Shown in pieces: positions 25,916-38,814 of a stretch of 64,000 nt of DNA. The translations under genes were made by a program, and so were the position numbers. Below the pieces are notes generated by a model. That model worked only from the letters and a program-made list of their open reading frames with translations. It had not been told where the DNA came from and ran no database searches. Position 1 is the stretch's first letter. Each line of letters starts with the position of its first letter. Source of the DNA: Tubulanus polymorphus (Eukaryota; Animalia; Nemertea); assembly GCF_964204645.1 (NCBI RefSeq), contig NC_134028.1:10230001-10294000 (forward strand), given 5' to 3'.

Positions 25916-28300
25916 TGACAAAGTCTTGCTTTTCTGGAGGTTTTTCGATTACTGCTGCAGATGTTGCTGTGACGTTTTCTAGAAAGACAACAAGTCTGGT
26001 TTCAATCTAAGGCAATATATTTTAGAACATTAAGCTGAGGATGATTTTTAGAGGAAATGTTTTGAAAATCAAACTGAGGACATTCATTATCTTGATGTTT
26101 AAACAAGTGGAAGCCTTTTGACAGTCAAAATAAGGACATGAATCTATTTTGATAAGCAACGGTCAAACTAAGGACTTGATAATCTTGAAGTTCGATAAGA
26201 GGAACGTTTATGACAGTCAACAGTTAAACCTAGGACATGCATGTATACAAATACTTAAAAAATAAAGACCTTCACCGATAATTGTAGTGGATTCTAGATC
26301 ATCATTGCTAGCTGCTGGTGATGCTGTGACAAAGTCTTGTTTTTTTGAAGGTTTCTCGATTACTGCTGCAGATGTTGCTATGACGTTTTCTAGAAAGACA
26401 AGTCTGGTTTCAATTTAAGGCAATATATTTTAGAACATTAAGCTGAGGATGATTTTAAGAGGAAATGTTTTGAAAATCAAACTGAGGACATTCATTATCT
26501 TGATGTTTAAACAAGTGGAAGCCTTTTGACAGTCAAAATAAGGACATGAATCTATTTTGATAAGCAACGGTCAAACTAAGGACTTGATAATCTTGAAGTT
26601 CGATAAGAGGAACGTTTATGACAGTCAACAGTCAAATCCAGGACATGCATATATACAAATACTTAAAAAATAAAGACCTTCACCGATAATTGTAGTGGAT
26701 TCTCCATCATCATTGCTAGCTGCTGGTGATGCTGTGACAAATTCTTGCTTTTCTGAAGGTTTCTCGATCACTGCTGCAGATGTTGCTGTGACGTTTTCTA
26801 GAAAGACTACGAGTCTGGTTTCAATTTAAGGCAATATATTTTAGAACATTAAGCTGAGGATGATTTTTAGAGGAAATGTTTTGAAAATCAAACTGAGGAC
26901 ATTCATTATCTTGATGTTTAAACAAGTGGAAGCCTTTTGACAGTCAAAATAAGGACATGAAACTATTTTGATAAGCATTTCTAGAAAGACAACAAGTCTG
27001 GTTTCAATTTAAGGCAATATATTTTAGAACATTAAGCTGAGGATGATTTTTAGAGGAAATGTTTTGAAAATCAAACTGACGACATTCATTATCTTGATGT
27101 TTAAACAAGTGGAAGCCTTTTGACAGTCAAAATAAGGACATGAAACTATTTTGATAAGCAACGGTCAAACTAAGGACTTGATGATCTTGAAGTTCGATAA
27201 GAGTAACCTTTATGACAGTTAACAGTCAAACCCAGGACATGCATGTATACAAATACTTAAAAAATAAAGACCTTCACCGATAATTGTAGTGGATTCTCGA
27301 TCATCATTGCTAGCTGCTGGTGATGCTGTGACAAATTCTTGCTTTTCTGTAGGTTTCTCGATCACTGCTACAGATGTTGTTGTGACGTTTTCTTGAAAGC
27401 CAAGTCTGGTTTCAATTTAAGGCAATATATTTTAGAACATTAAACTGAGGATGATTTTAAGAGGAAATGTTTTGAAAATCAAACTGAGGGCATTCATTAT
27501 CTTGATGTTTAAACAAGTGGAAGCCTTTTGACAGTCAAAATAAGGACATGAAACTATTTTGATAAGCAACGGTCAAACTAAGGACTTGATAATCTTGAAG
27601 TTCGATAAGAGGAACGTTTATGACAGTCAACAGTCAAATCCAGGACATGCATATATACAAATACTTAAAAAATAAAGACCTTCACCGATAATTGTAGTGG
27701 ATTCTCCATCATCATTGCTAGCTGCTGGTGATGCTGTGACAAATTCTTGCTTTTCTGAAGGTTTCTCGATCACTGCTGCAGATGTTGCTGTGACGTTTTC
27801 TAGAAAGACAACAAGTCTGGTTTCAATTTAAGGCAATATATTTTAGAACATTAAGCTGAGGATGATTTTTAGAGGAAATGTTTTGAAAATCAAACTGAGG
27901 ACATTCATTATCTTGATGTTTAAACAAGTGGAAGCCTTTTGACAGTCAAAATAAGGACATGAAACTATTTTGATAAGCAACGGTCAAACTAAGGACTTGA
28001 TAATCTTGAAGTTCGATAAGAGGAACGTTTATGACAGTCAACAGTCAAACCCAGGACATGCATGTATACAAATACTTTAAAAATAATGACCTTCACCGAT
28101 TATTGTAGTGAATTCTCGATCATCATTGCTAGCTGCTGGTGATGCTGTGACAAATTCTTGCTTTTCTGTAGGTTTCTCGATCACTGCTGCAGATGTTGTT
28201 GTGACGTTTTCTAGAAAGACGAGTCTGGTTTCAATTTAAGGCAATATAACTGAGGATGATTTTTAGTGGATATGTTTTGACAATCAAACTGAGGACATTC
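25916..28300 (-). repeat. ~410-bp tandem array (further unit at 19500-19865); each unit is a putative 120-nt exon plus intron
   Basis: Units recur at about 25970, 26381, 26789, 26978 (partial), 27383, 27791 and 28202. AG/GT-bounded 120-nt segments lie at 26270-26389, 26678-26797, 27272-27391, 27680-27799 and 28091-28210. Confidence 0.85.
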
Positions 28301-30026
28301 AATATCTCAATTTTAATTACTGGAAGCATTTTAACAGTAAAAATATCGACATCGAACCATTTTGATTGTCAAACTGAAGACAGGATGTTAAAAGAAAATA
28401 ACAAAGAAACTGGGTCAGTAAAACTAAAAATAAATAAGTAACATTTGGACAGATGTCATTTAATGTATACCGTACGCTGTAATTACAATATAATTAAATA
28501 TTCTAAAAAAATGTTGCCTTTTTGAAATGTGTGGGCACCATACTTAAATTATAGGCAGAAACTTCAACAAGCTTAATAATTTCTAATATTAATACCCAAA
28601 TAATCATGTCAGTTGATGTTTAAACCATTGATGCATAAATTTATATGCATAAATATGCAACCATTCAAAGTTCACTTTACCTCAATGATTACATTTGATT
28701 ATTCAAAGATTAATTCCAACTCAATTGGTATGCATTTTATATTCTAAAAAGCATTACAATACACTCCTTTAATGTGATGGAAGTGTTAAAATTCGACAAA
28801 TTCAATGAAACAGTCAACTGCTTTCAAATGTTTGCAATGATCTTTACCTTTTTTTTATGAATATTCTATAAAAAATGTGGAAGTAAACATTAAATGATCG
28901 CTCAAATGGTAAAAACCAACTGAAAATTATGCAAGTCAAGTCATGGAGGTAGGAAATGCTCAACTCGGCGAAACGAACCTCCAGTGTACTGCTCGAAACC
29001 ACATTGATTTGATAATCGACATATTCCGTCACAATAAATTACAGTAAAATCTTACAAGCCATCAGAACACAAAGGACAACCAATCACCTTTTTAAATGAT
29101 AATCACCTTAGTTCACCCACTTGCAAGTTTTCTGTCTATCTCTCAAATCAAAACTGACAGAGCATAGTCTTGGTTTAGTGGCATTTAAAAAAAAGTAATC
29201 AGCTAAGAAGTATAAATGTTGCTGGCAAAGTATCGACATTAAAACAAGACAGATGAGCATTTGCCTTCTTTTATACTGCCAAATTTAAGCCTACCTGTAA
29301 AAATATTTTCCTGGAATGAGGTCCGAGTATAAATATGAAGCTTCTATATAAATAACTTAGGTAACAGTACTAAGGTACAAAGTGCTAAAAGAAGGATTTG
29401 TTAATTTATAGTCCGTAATCGTCAACTGTGAAACATTTGCTGGTTACCTTTTGAACACGGGACATTTAAATATAAGATATAGCGCTGCAATCCCCTAAAG
29501 CATTTAGTGATAAATAATACTGGGCACTGGGCCAAACATTTCCAATTGAATACAAGAGCCCCAGACACGGTAGCTTCAAACATTATGGCCCAAAGACCTG
29601 TCTTTCAAGCAATTTCATATTCCAAATTAAGATTTAAAGGAACAGCTTAAGATAATTATGCATGATTGAAATTATATTTCTTTCAGCTGTCTAAACAGTG
29701 CAGCAAAATTTTGCGGGTGGAATTTTATTTTCGTGCACAAAGCCATTGCAATACAGCCATGCAGGGGCTGTCGACAGCTTCGCTGCTGCTAAAAATCAAA
29801 TATCAAAGTCCCAGCTCCTGATTTACTCTGAAAAACCACTGGGTAACTTCAATTAAATGCGTGATAAAGCCTAGTTTTTTTTTTTACAAATCTTCTGAAA
29901 GATGGTCCAAAATACAGCAAGCTGATAAGACATCTAAAAGACTGGTAGAAAACTGTTGTAATCTGTAAATATTTAACGAATTCGATAATTGATGTGAATA
30001 CCTATATAATTCACTACATTTCTTAC

Positions 30027-31220
30027 CTGATTATCTTCCCAGGGATAGGAATCTAATCCATAATCATACAGCAGCTCCTCATTGGCTTCTATGTTTCTAC
30101 TTGCGAAGAAACATATGACCGGTTCCCCATTTCCTTATTGCAAGACTTTTGCTCTTATGTTCCTCTCTCCTTTTATTCCATGGTTAATTAACCGTCCATA
30201 TGACCCATTTTCTGTATGAGCATCCCCACTAAATGACAAGACGTTAGGTATTCATAAATCAAATATTACATTCTATCATTTAAAAAAAACTGTAAATTGA
30301 ATACTTAAAGCACAAAAAAAACAGAATGGCACTTCAACTGCTAACTCCAACCATTACTCATTTCATTCGATGTTGTTATGTAATAAACTACATTTTATAC
30401 AAAAGATGGCGCTTCAAAGAGTTAACAGCACAATTAGTAAATACAATACATAGGCCCTACACATGACATAGTTTAGACACCTACCAGTAACCACGACCCT
30501 TGAATTTGAAACAATAACGATAGACCGAAGGATCGTTCTTCTCTCTTTCCAAGCTTTCTCTCTCATCAATCAATTCGCCCCGATACTGGAGTAGAAAAGA
30601 TTGATGCTCCTTCCTGACTGATGTTCTAACTCCACGCCCTAAAAAGACATTTAATAAGACTAACTGAACATCTGTTCATCGAGTTACAAAGATTTTTTGG
30701 TCGAGGAGCCAAGCCAAAGAATCATATGCAATGACAGGGGGCTCTGAGGGAGTTTAGATAAATATTTAAGAGGTTCAACCTAAAATATCCCGTCTGATAT
30801 TTTCCAATGAAAACTCATATACCCAGAAGCCTGGAGAATCTCTTCCTTAAACCCCTTCTACATGATTGAAAATCATAGTGAAAGTTTCAGTGAGAAGTAA
30901 CAAATATAAAATTCTTAGGCATAACTTACCTTTTCTCGGAAATTTATCAATCTAGTATCCAGGCGGATCACTTTCTGTCCATAGGATAGCTTGTTCATTC
31001 GGGGAATGGCGCTACAAATCAAAGTATAAACAATAAGAAAGGTGTATGCGCAGTAAACTGTGTCTCCGAAAGTGCAGCCATATGTCTGTGATTCTCCTCT
31101 TTTGGAGACACGTCAACTAGCTGCTAAAACCACAAAGTCTAAGTTAAAATACCATGAAAATGAAGTAGGCCTATAAAGGTGTGGTTTAAAAAAAGAATCA
31201 ATACTAACCCTGCGTTTCAT
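30027..31220 (-). pseudogene. Spliced SET-domain lysine methyltransferase gene (SETD8/KMT5A-like) with two premature stops
   Basis: Four phase-compatible GT-AG exons (31209-31220, 30930-31011, 30485-30638, 30027-30228) give MKRRRHSP...KGRGVRT...FLLQYRGELI...YCGDA...GRLINHG...FASRNIEANEELLYDYG...YPW. Confidence 0.9.
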
Positions 31221-31934
31221 CGCATTTGTCTTTTCACTAAAATAAAAATAGAAAGGACTGAGAAATTCTGGTCAGCCGAAAAATTGGTCGAGAATTGCAT
31301 CCTTTAACGACATATTTCATGGCAGCCCCTGATGCCTACAATTTGAATCAAATTGTCCCCAATGTAGATAGGATACAGGCGAAAGGGATACCATATGTGT
31401 GTACAATTTTTGAAAACAAAATTGCGACAATCAACGATTGCGGCTTGCGGCGGCATTAGGATGAATCGATAAACGCCTACCCCCACAACTAAAGATGAGC
31501 CGGAGGGACACAAAAGTTCCCGACTGGTCCGTGAAAAAGTCTGATCGTGAAACTCAACCACAAACTGGTTGTTAATGGATTGGCTGTTATAAGACCAACC
31601 TAAAAGCAACTTAACTCGACACACAACCCTACTTACTCATTGGATATTGTCATGATATTGCATTCAATAAATAAACTAGGCCTAATTATTTCATTGAGGC
31701 AGCATTCGTCTAAGTCAATACGAAGTGGATATTTAAGCGTATACGACAAAGTGTTTTCTTCTGCTATTTTACCGTACATTACTATATATTATAGTATTAT
31801 CTATAACAATAAAATCATTTTATTGGGTATGGGTTCACAGATAGAGGTTTGAGGGCTCAAGGCAGAGAAACCCCACCGTTGCACAGGCAGCGGTCCATTT
31901 TACCCATAGGGATAGGATTAGGGTAAGGTGAGGT

Positions 31935-32225
31935 ACTCTATCTAGTTAAAACGTTTGGTTGGTTATCAGCGAGCTTTACTGGCCCGGGTTCGAGTCTCGC
32001 TCTATCCGCTATATTTTCTCTAACTCTGTTCTCCACACTTTCATTGAATTTTCTAGGTCGAATGCCCGGCGTAAATCATCCAATCGGCGACGATGTACGG
32101 TAAAATAGCGGAAATAAACTCTCCACAAATATCCACTGCGAATTGAAAACAATTCCCCGCCCTCTAAGACAGGAGATATAGTGTCATCACTTAGCCGAGT
32201 AAACTCATAGGCCTACTTCCTTATT
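31935..32225 (+). mobile_element. Possible tRNA-derived SINE
   Basis: B-box-like GGTTCGAGTC at ~31987 with no complete cloverleaf; ends in a TTA-type tail. Single copy in this window. Confidence 0.3.
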
Positions 32226-33299
32226 AGAGCAGTGAACAAGCTGAGTTACTTTTAGACAATAATCTTATCGCTACTATAATAATAATTTGCTTACCAATAC
32301 TACAGGCTAGACCGGCTGCTTCTAGAGGATTAATATTCTATTTGATTCTAATTCTTCGATTAAGAAGACTAGAGTGCAGGAGCGAGTTGATTTCAGAAAA
32401 ACCAATGATTGCTACTATTGACCGACACAAAATCATAATTTCGTAAAATGCATGTTACTAAGATATCCAGATATTCCCCAAATACATAAAATCAAATCCC
32501 AAAAATACTAAGACAACTTCATCGATGTCAAATCCTCGCGACAAACATATTTCTAACAATTGAGCGTATTCATTCGAATCCCTCATTAAAATCACCCAGC
32601 ACGCCATTTTTAGCGAAGTGATGAGCGTATTTGATTATGAACATCCAAAACCAGGACTTACCTCCTCGCCGCGTCCATCGGCCTTTCACTTCCGGTTGTG
32701 TATCAAATTCAACATCACTTTATTCAGACGTACATGAATCTAATTCAAAATAACTTTATTCATAATGATGTGAATCAATGATGAAAATCGTCCGTAATAA
32801 GTTCCAAAAGAATCTGCTTCATCGATTCTTTCACTGAGGCTCCGGACCCGTAAATGGAGAGACATCAAACCTATAAAACAAAAGAGTTTAAGAGGAATGG
32901 GGATAAACAACAGAGTACAACAACAAGTACAAGTTTTTAGATATAGAAAACTTTTCATTGATACCATCCATAATTCATTAAAAATCAAACCTAGCATGAA
33001 ATAATACAATTCTAATCTGAACAGTGCTATCAGTATCAAATTGATTTTTTTTTCAGTAACATTTCATTGAAATATGAAAGAAAATGTTCAAATTAATCAG
33101 TAATCAACAGTAAGACCTTCAGTAACATCTTTCATATTTCTGTTTAAAATAATCAGTAATCAACAGTAAGACCTTCAGTACATCTTTCATATTTCTGTAT
33201 GCATTAAACAAATCAAATCAGTATTTCTCGTTATAAAATAGTAACAAAATACTGAAAATCAGGAAAAGTTGGCAGCTCTGAGGAAGATTGTTTTCTTAC

Positions 33300-33512
33300 C
33301 ATTTTTTGCCGAATACTCTGTGCTCATTTTACGCTCTAAATCAACTAGTTCAGCTCTGTTCCTTAGAGGAATTGCAATATTTTCCGGCAAATCGGCTTTC
33401 TGACACACGCTTTCATTATTCACTTGGTTTATCAATTTTTGAATTGCCTTAGCCTGGCGCTTTTGTTCAGTTTTAATCTCCACCAGCAATTCAATGACTT
33501 AAGTTTCAAAAC
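33300..33512 (-). pseudogene. Exon of a DUF4806-like gene (upstream part)
   Basis: AG/GT-bounded segment reading LLVEIKTEQKRQAKAIQKL...LPENIAIPLRNRAELVDLERKM, similar to what usually precedes the DUF4806 core; contains a stop. Confidence 0.55.
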
Positions 33513-33673
33513 CTTTGAAAAAAAGACATTAAACTGTATAAACTGTATAAAATAAGATTTTTTTATTTTGAACTGTGGGCCACATTACATCAAATTTTGG
33601 CTCAAATTAATTTGAAACCACTTCATGAGTATGAATATGATAAAATTTCTGATTGCAGATTATTTTGTTCAGG

Positions 33674-33766
33674 AGTAATTGGAAGATGTGGGTTTCAGAT
33701 CAGAGGGCGAGAGGGCGAAACACCACTCATCACCACAAGTAATTTTTTTCCCTAATAAATGGGGGA
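33674..33766 (+). repeat. Polinton left TIR (includes the PolB start codon)
   Basis: Reverse complement matches 53140-53219 and 2785-2874. Confidence 0.9.
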
Positions 33767-36700
33767 GAATGAACACCAACCAGAAAACAATAATGTTAAT
33801 AAAAATCAATATTATTGCCAATATTGTAAAAAATACATCGATACATCTCATAAAACACGACACGAAAAAACTGCAAATCATATAAAAAATGTAATAGATT
33901 TTGAAACTCCAGAAAATTCCAATGAAAGAAAAGAAAGATTAGAAAATATGAATGTGGATGAAATAAAATGTGAAGTTTGTAATGAATTTATAGTAAAAAG
34001 GAATTATAATAGACATCTCGAATCACAAAAACATTATAAAAATTTAAATAAAAATGTTTTAGGATCAGAATATTTTGATGATAAACCTCAACAAGTAAAA
34101 AAATCAACTTCAAAAACTAAATCCATTTCAAATAAACCTTACATGGAAAATGTTAGAAATTATATTGATTCACTAGAAATAAAAGATACAATTGAAATTT
34201 TAGAAACATACATAGTAAAATTGGTCCTGCAGCTATTATATTTAGATTTTTTAAAGGTACAAAAATAGAAGATTATAGTAAATTTAATGAAATAATAGAA
34301 AAAATACTAGATTTGATAACAGATGTTGAATATCCAAAAATTAGTATCTCTGGGAAAGTAAGTTTAATAAAGTCAGAAGAAAAAATGAATTATAATATTC
34401 AAACACACTCTGAAGAAATAATTTCAAAAACACAAATAAAAGAGAAGTTAGAAAGAATATTTAATGAATTTAAACGTCATATTGAAGAAAGGTATTTTGA
34501 GGGTTCTGGCTTAACATTGAATGAAATTATATATTTAGATTTAAATGTTTATAATACAAAAAGAAATAAAACATCAAAAAGTAATAAAATGTTTAAAAAT
34601 GATTCAAACTTTACAACAGAAAAGGATATTAAAGCATCATCTTATATTAAATTACCATTTACAACAAAAGCAATAATAAATATTCAAAATGAAGATAATA
34701 AATGTTTTCTATGGTCAACTATTAGTTGCTTACATCCAACACAGGAAAATGTTTGTAGAATAACAGATTATCGGAAATATGAAACATTATATAAAATTGA
34801 TCAATATCCAGTAACTATAAAAATGATACCCAAAATAGAAAAAATTAATAATTTAAAAATAAATGTATTCGAATTAATGCAATTACCAAAGACAAAAGTT
34901 GAAAATATTAAAGATTATACATTGGAAGCTTTATATTTAACAGAATATTATGATGATGAAAATGCTATAGATTTGTTATATTATAAAAAAGATAAAAATT
35001 AACATTATATGTGGTTAAAACAAATTGATTTATTCTTTAGAACAGAAAGTGATCATCATCGTAAAATTTATCTAGGTAGAAAATGTTTATCTAAATTTAT
35101 GACTGAGAATACATTATTAAAACATAAAGAATTATGTGATAATAAAGATTTTTGTAAATTAATAATGCCAACAGAAAAAGATTATAAATTGAAATTTACT
35201 AATCATAAATTTAAGAATATTGTTCCATTTGTAATTTATGGGGATTTTGAATCGATGAATAAAGAATTAACTGATCAAGATAGAAAAGAAATATATAACA
35301 AAAAGCAATTATTAAAATCAATGGATAAAGGAAATGAATTAAATGAAGACACAATACAAGACTCACCAATTATAAATACAATTAAAAAAGTTCATCAAAG
35401 AGCTGCTGCTTATGGAATTTATATAAAATCAAATTATCCTGAATTATATGAAAGTCAATATATTTCTTTTAGAGATGAAAATGTAGTTAATGATTTTTGT
35501 GATAAATTGATTGAATAAGAAAGTGATTTTGCAAAATTATTAAACAAAAATAAAAGAATAGTTATGACAAAAGAAGATGAAATTGATTTTAATTATGCAA
35601 CTCATTGTTGTTATTGTGAAAAACATTTTTATTCATTTGATAAAAGAGTTAGAGATCATGATCATTTGAATGGAAAGTTTAGAGGCGCCGCGCATGAAGA
35701 TTGTAATTTACAAGCTAACAAAGTAAATTTCGTTCCAATATTATTTCATAATTTATCAGGCTATGATACCCATCTATTTATAAAACAATTATCGGGAAAA
35801 TTGGGCGCAATTAATCAAGAAATAGAAGAATATAATGCTATGAATGAAGCAAATGTAAGAAAATATGATTTTAAACTATTAGCTAAAACATCTGAAAATT
35901 ATATTTCATTTCAATTTGGTTGCATTAGATTTTTAGATTCTTATAGATTTCTAGCAAGTTCATTAGATAATTTATCAAAAAGTTTAGTTGATAATGATTT
36001 TGTTATAACTCGATATTATTATCCAAATGAACAAGATTTTAGATTATTGAGATATAAAGGCGCAATTCCTTATTCATTTTATAAAACACACAATGATTTT
36101 AATGTAACAGAATTATTAAAAGATCAATTTTATGATCAATTAAAAGAGGAGTATGTGAAAGACGAAGTTTTTAATAGAACATTAAATATTTGGAACCATT
36201 TTAATATGAAAAATCATGGCGAATTAGTTGATTTATATTTAAAATCAGATGTTATGATATTGGCTGACATATTTGAAAAATTTAGAGAAGTTAATTTGAA
36301 TCATTTTAATGTTGATCCTTGTTATTGCTACTCTAGTCCTGGTTTAACCTGGCAATGTGGTTTAAAATATACAAATGTAGAATTAGATTTATTAAAAGAA
36401 CCAGATATGGTTTTATTATTTGAAAAATCAATTAGAGGTGGAATTAGTGGTGTTATGGAAGATAGATATTTTAAAGCAAATGATGAATATAAATTATTAT
36501 ATATTGACGCCAATAATTTATATGGTTGGGCAATGATGCAACCTCAACCATACGAAAATTTTATATTAACAGAAGTTGAAAGTGATGATAAAACTAATTG
36601 GGAAAGCGCAATTATGAGTTTGGAAGATGAAGCACCAATTGGTTATTTCTTTGTAGTTGATTTAGAATATCCTGAAAATATAAAGTTTAAAACAAGAAAC

Positions 36701-38814
36701 TTACCTTACTGCCCAGAACATTTAACTGTAGATGATAGTTATTTAAGTGAATACCAGAAGAAAATAAAACCGAAAGATCATGTTTTTACAGAAAAATTAA
36801 TACTTACTCAAAATAATAAACACAATTATATTGTTCATTATAGAATGTTAAAATTTTATCTAAAACAAGGAATGAAATTAAAGAAAGTACATAGATATAT
36901 TGAATTTAATCAATCGAAGTGGTTAGAAAAATATATAGATTTCAATACTCAACAGAGAACCATATCAAAAACAGATTTCGAAAAAGATTTTTTTAAAGTA
37001 ATGAACAATAGTTTTTATGGTAAAACATGTGAAAATATTAGAAATAGAAATGATATTGAATTAGTAAATAATTCTGAACGATTAAGACATTTACAATCAA
37101 GTCCTAGACATTTGGGAAATAAAAGATTTGAAGATTATTTAACAGCAGTTAAATTAAAAAGAACGTCAACGAAATTTAATAAACCTATATTCATTGGTTC
37201 AACTGTTTTAGAAGTATCAAAATTATTAATGTATGATTTTTATTATAATGTTTTACAACCACTTTTTGGGGAAAAGCAAATCAAAATATTATATTTTGAT
37301 TCTGTTACAGCTGACACCCCAATATTATTAAAATGTAATGATAAAATATTGATAAGAAGAATTTCAGAAATAATTCCACAACAAAATGAATGTTATATTT
37401 CACATGGTGAAAAAGAATTAATACAAATAAATGGATTAATGGATGTTTGGACAAGAAATGGATGGAAAAAATTAAAGAATATTATTAGACATAAAACAAA
37501 TAAGAAAATCTATAGAGTTAGAACTAAATTAGGATTTGTAGATGTTACAGAAGATCATAGTTTAATTAAACGAAATGGCGATGAAATAAAACCAACTGAT
37601 ATAAAAATTGGAGATGAATTATTACATAAAAGATTTTTCCAAAGAATGAATCATATGTCATTTGATGAAATAATTGATAATATTTATAATATAGAACCCG
37701 AAACATTAGAAGAAAAAGAATATTTTATCAAAGGATTTTTCATGGGAGATGGTTCAGCAGGTGTGTATAATTATGTTAATCGCACTCAACATTGCTGGTA
37801 TTTATGCAATCAAGATTTGAAATTATTAGAAAGAATAAAGAAATTCTGTGAAGAAGTTTATCCAAATAAAACATTTAAAATCATGGATGTTATGAAATCA
37901 ACAGCAGTTTATAGAATACTTGTAAATAATCCTAAAGATTTTGCTATAAAATATAATGATGAATTCTATATTCATGCAATAGTTAAAAGTAATACTTCAA
38001 CAAAAGAAAAGATAGTTCCAGATTATGTATTAAATGCAAAAAATAATTTAAGAAAATGGTTCTTCATTGGATTCTATGCTGCAGATGGTTCAAAAAGTTT
38101 CAAAAACCGCAAAACAATATCTTTAGCTCAAAAAGGAAAAGTTGCTATATCAGGATTGAATATATTATGCAGTTCATTAGGATTTAATATGAATATTGGA
38201 TTGATTAAATCTAAACCAAATTGCTTTAATTTAAGCCATGTAGAAAATGAGTTAACAGAAGAAGTTTAAGATTTATTTGAAATATATAACCCAACTGACT
38301 ATGTTTATGATTTATCAACAGATGATGGAACATTCAATTCTGGGTTCCCATTAATCCAAAAAAATACCGACGCCTACATACTAAAAATCAAGACAAATGA
38401 CATAACAAAAGATTTAAAAACATTAAAACATCATTTTGATTTTAGCAATTATCCCAAAGATCATGAACTATTTAGCAATGATAATAAAAAGATTCCTGGT
38501 AAATTTAAAGATGAATTAGGGGGTGATGAAATGATTGAATTTGTTGGGATAAGAAGTAAAATGTATAGTCATAGAACAAAAGATCATGAAGCTAAAAAGT
38601 TAAAAGGAATAACAAAACATGTGGTTGATAAACATTTCAAGATTATATAAAGTGTTTATATAAATCAATTTTAATGAAACATAAAATGAATTGTTTAAGA
38701 TCAGAAGATCACGAGATGTACATTAATGAAGTTGAAAAAACTAGTTTGAATCCATTTGATGATAAAAGGCATATTTTAGATGATGGTATAAAAACATTAC
38801 CTTATGGTTATTAA
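33759..38814 (+). pseudogene. polB: Protein-primed family B DNA polymerase with N-terminal zinc fingers, an endonuclease-VII-like insert and an intein
   Basis: YGDFES (ExoI), VRDHDHLNGKFRGAAH (EndoVII-like), FHNLSGYD (ExoII), YLKSDV (ExoIII), YIDANNLYG (motif A), KVMNNSFYGK (motif B), split YFD/TDA (motif C), PGKFKDE, KLKGI and TLPYGY*. In-frame stops at 35000, 35516 and 38267; frameshifts near 34230 and 38650. Confidence 0.96.
37301..38365 (+). mobile_element. Intein (355 codons) with LAGLIDADG homing endonuclease in PolB motif C
   Basis: Block A SVTADTPILLK; block B DVTEDHSL (TxxH); LAGLIDADG-like FIKGFFMGDGS and FFIGFYAADGS; block F YVYDLSTDDGTF; C-terminus LIQKN then Thr+1. Excision restores YFDTDA. 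One in-frame TAA at 38267. Confidence 0.95.

Noticed and set aside
28845-29700. Additional exons of the SET gene
   Set aside because: Splice-like signals exist, but I could not find a recognisable, phase-consistent reading.
31960-32010. tRNA gene
   Set aside because: A B-box-like motif is present but no cloverleaf can be formed; at most a SINE head.
35564-38269. The 901-aa ORF as a complete polymerase or a PolB-nuclease fusion
   Set aside because: It is an internal fragment. The gene starts at 33759, the last third of this ORF is the intein, and the polymerase resumes at 38366.
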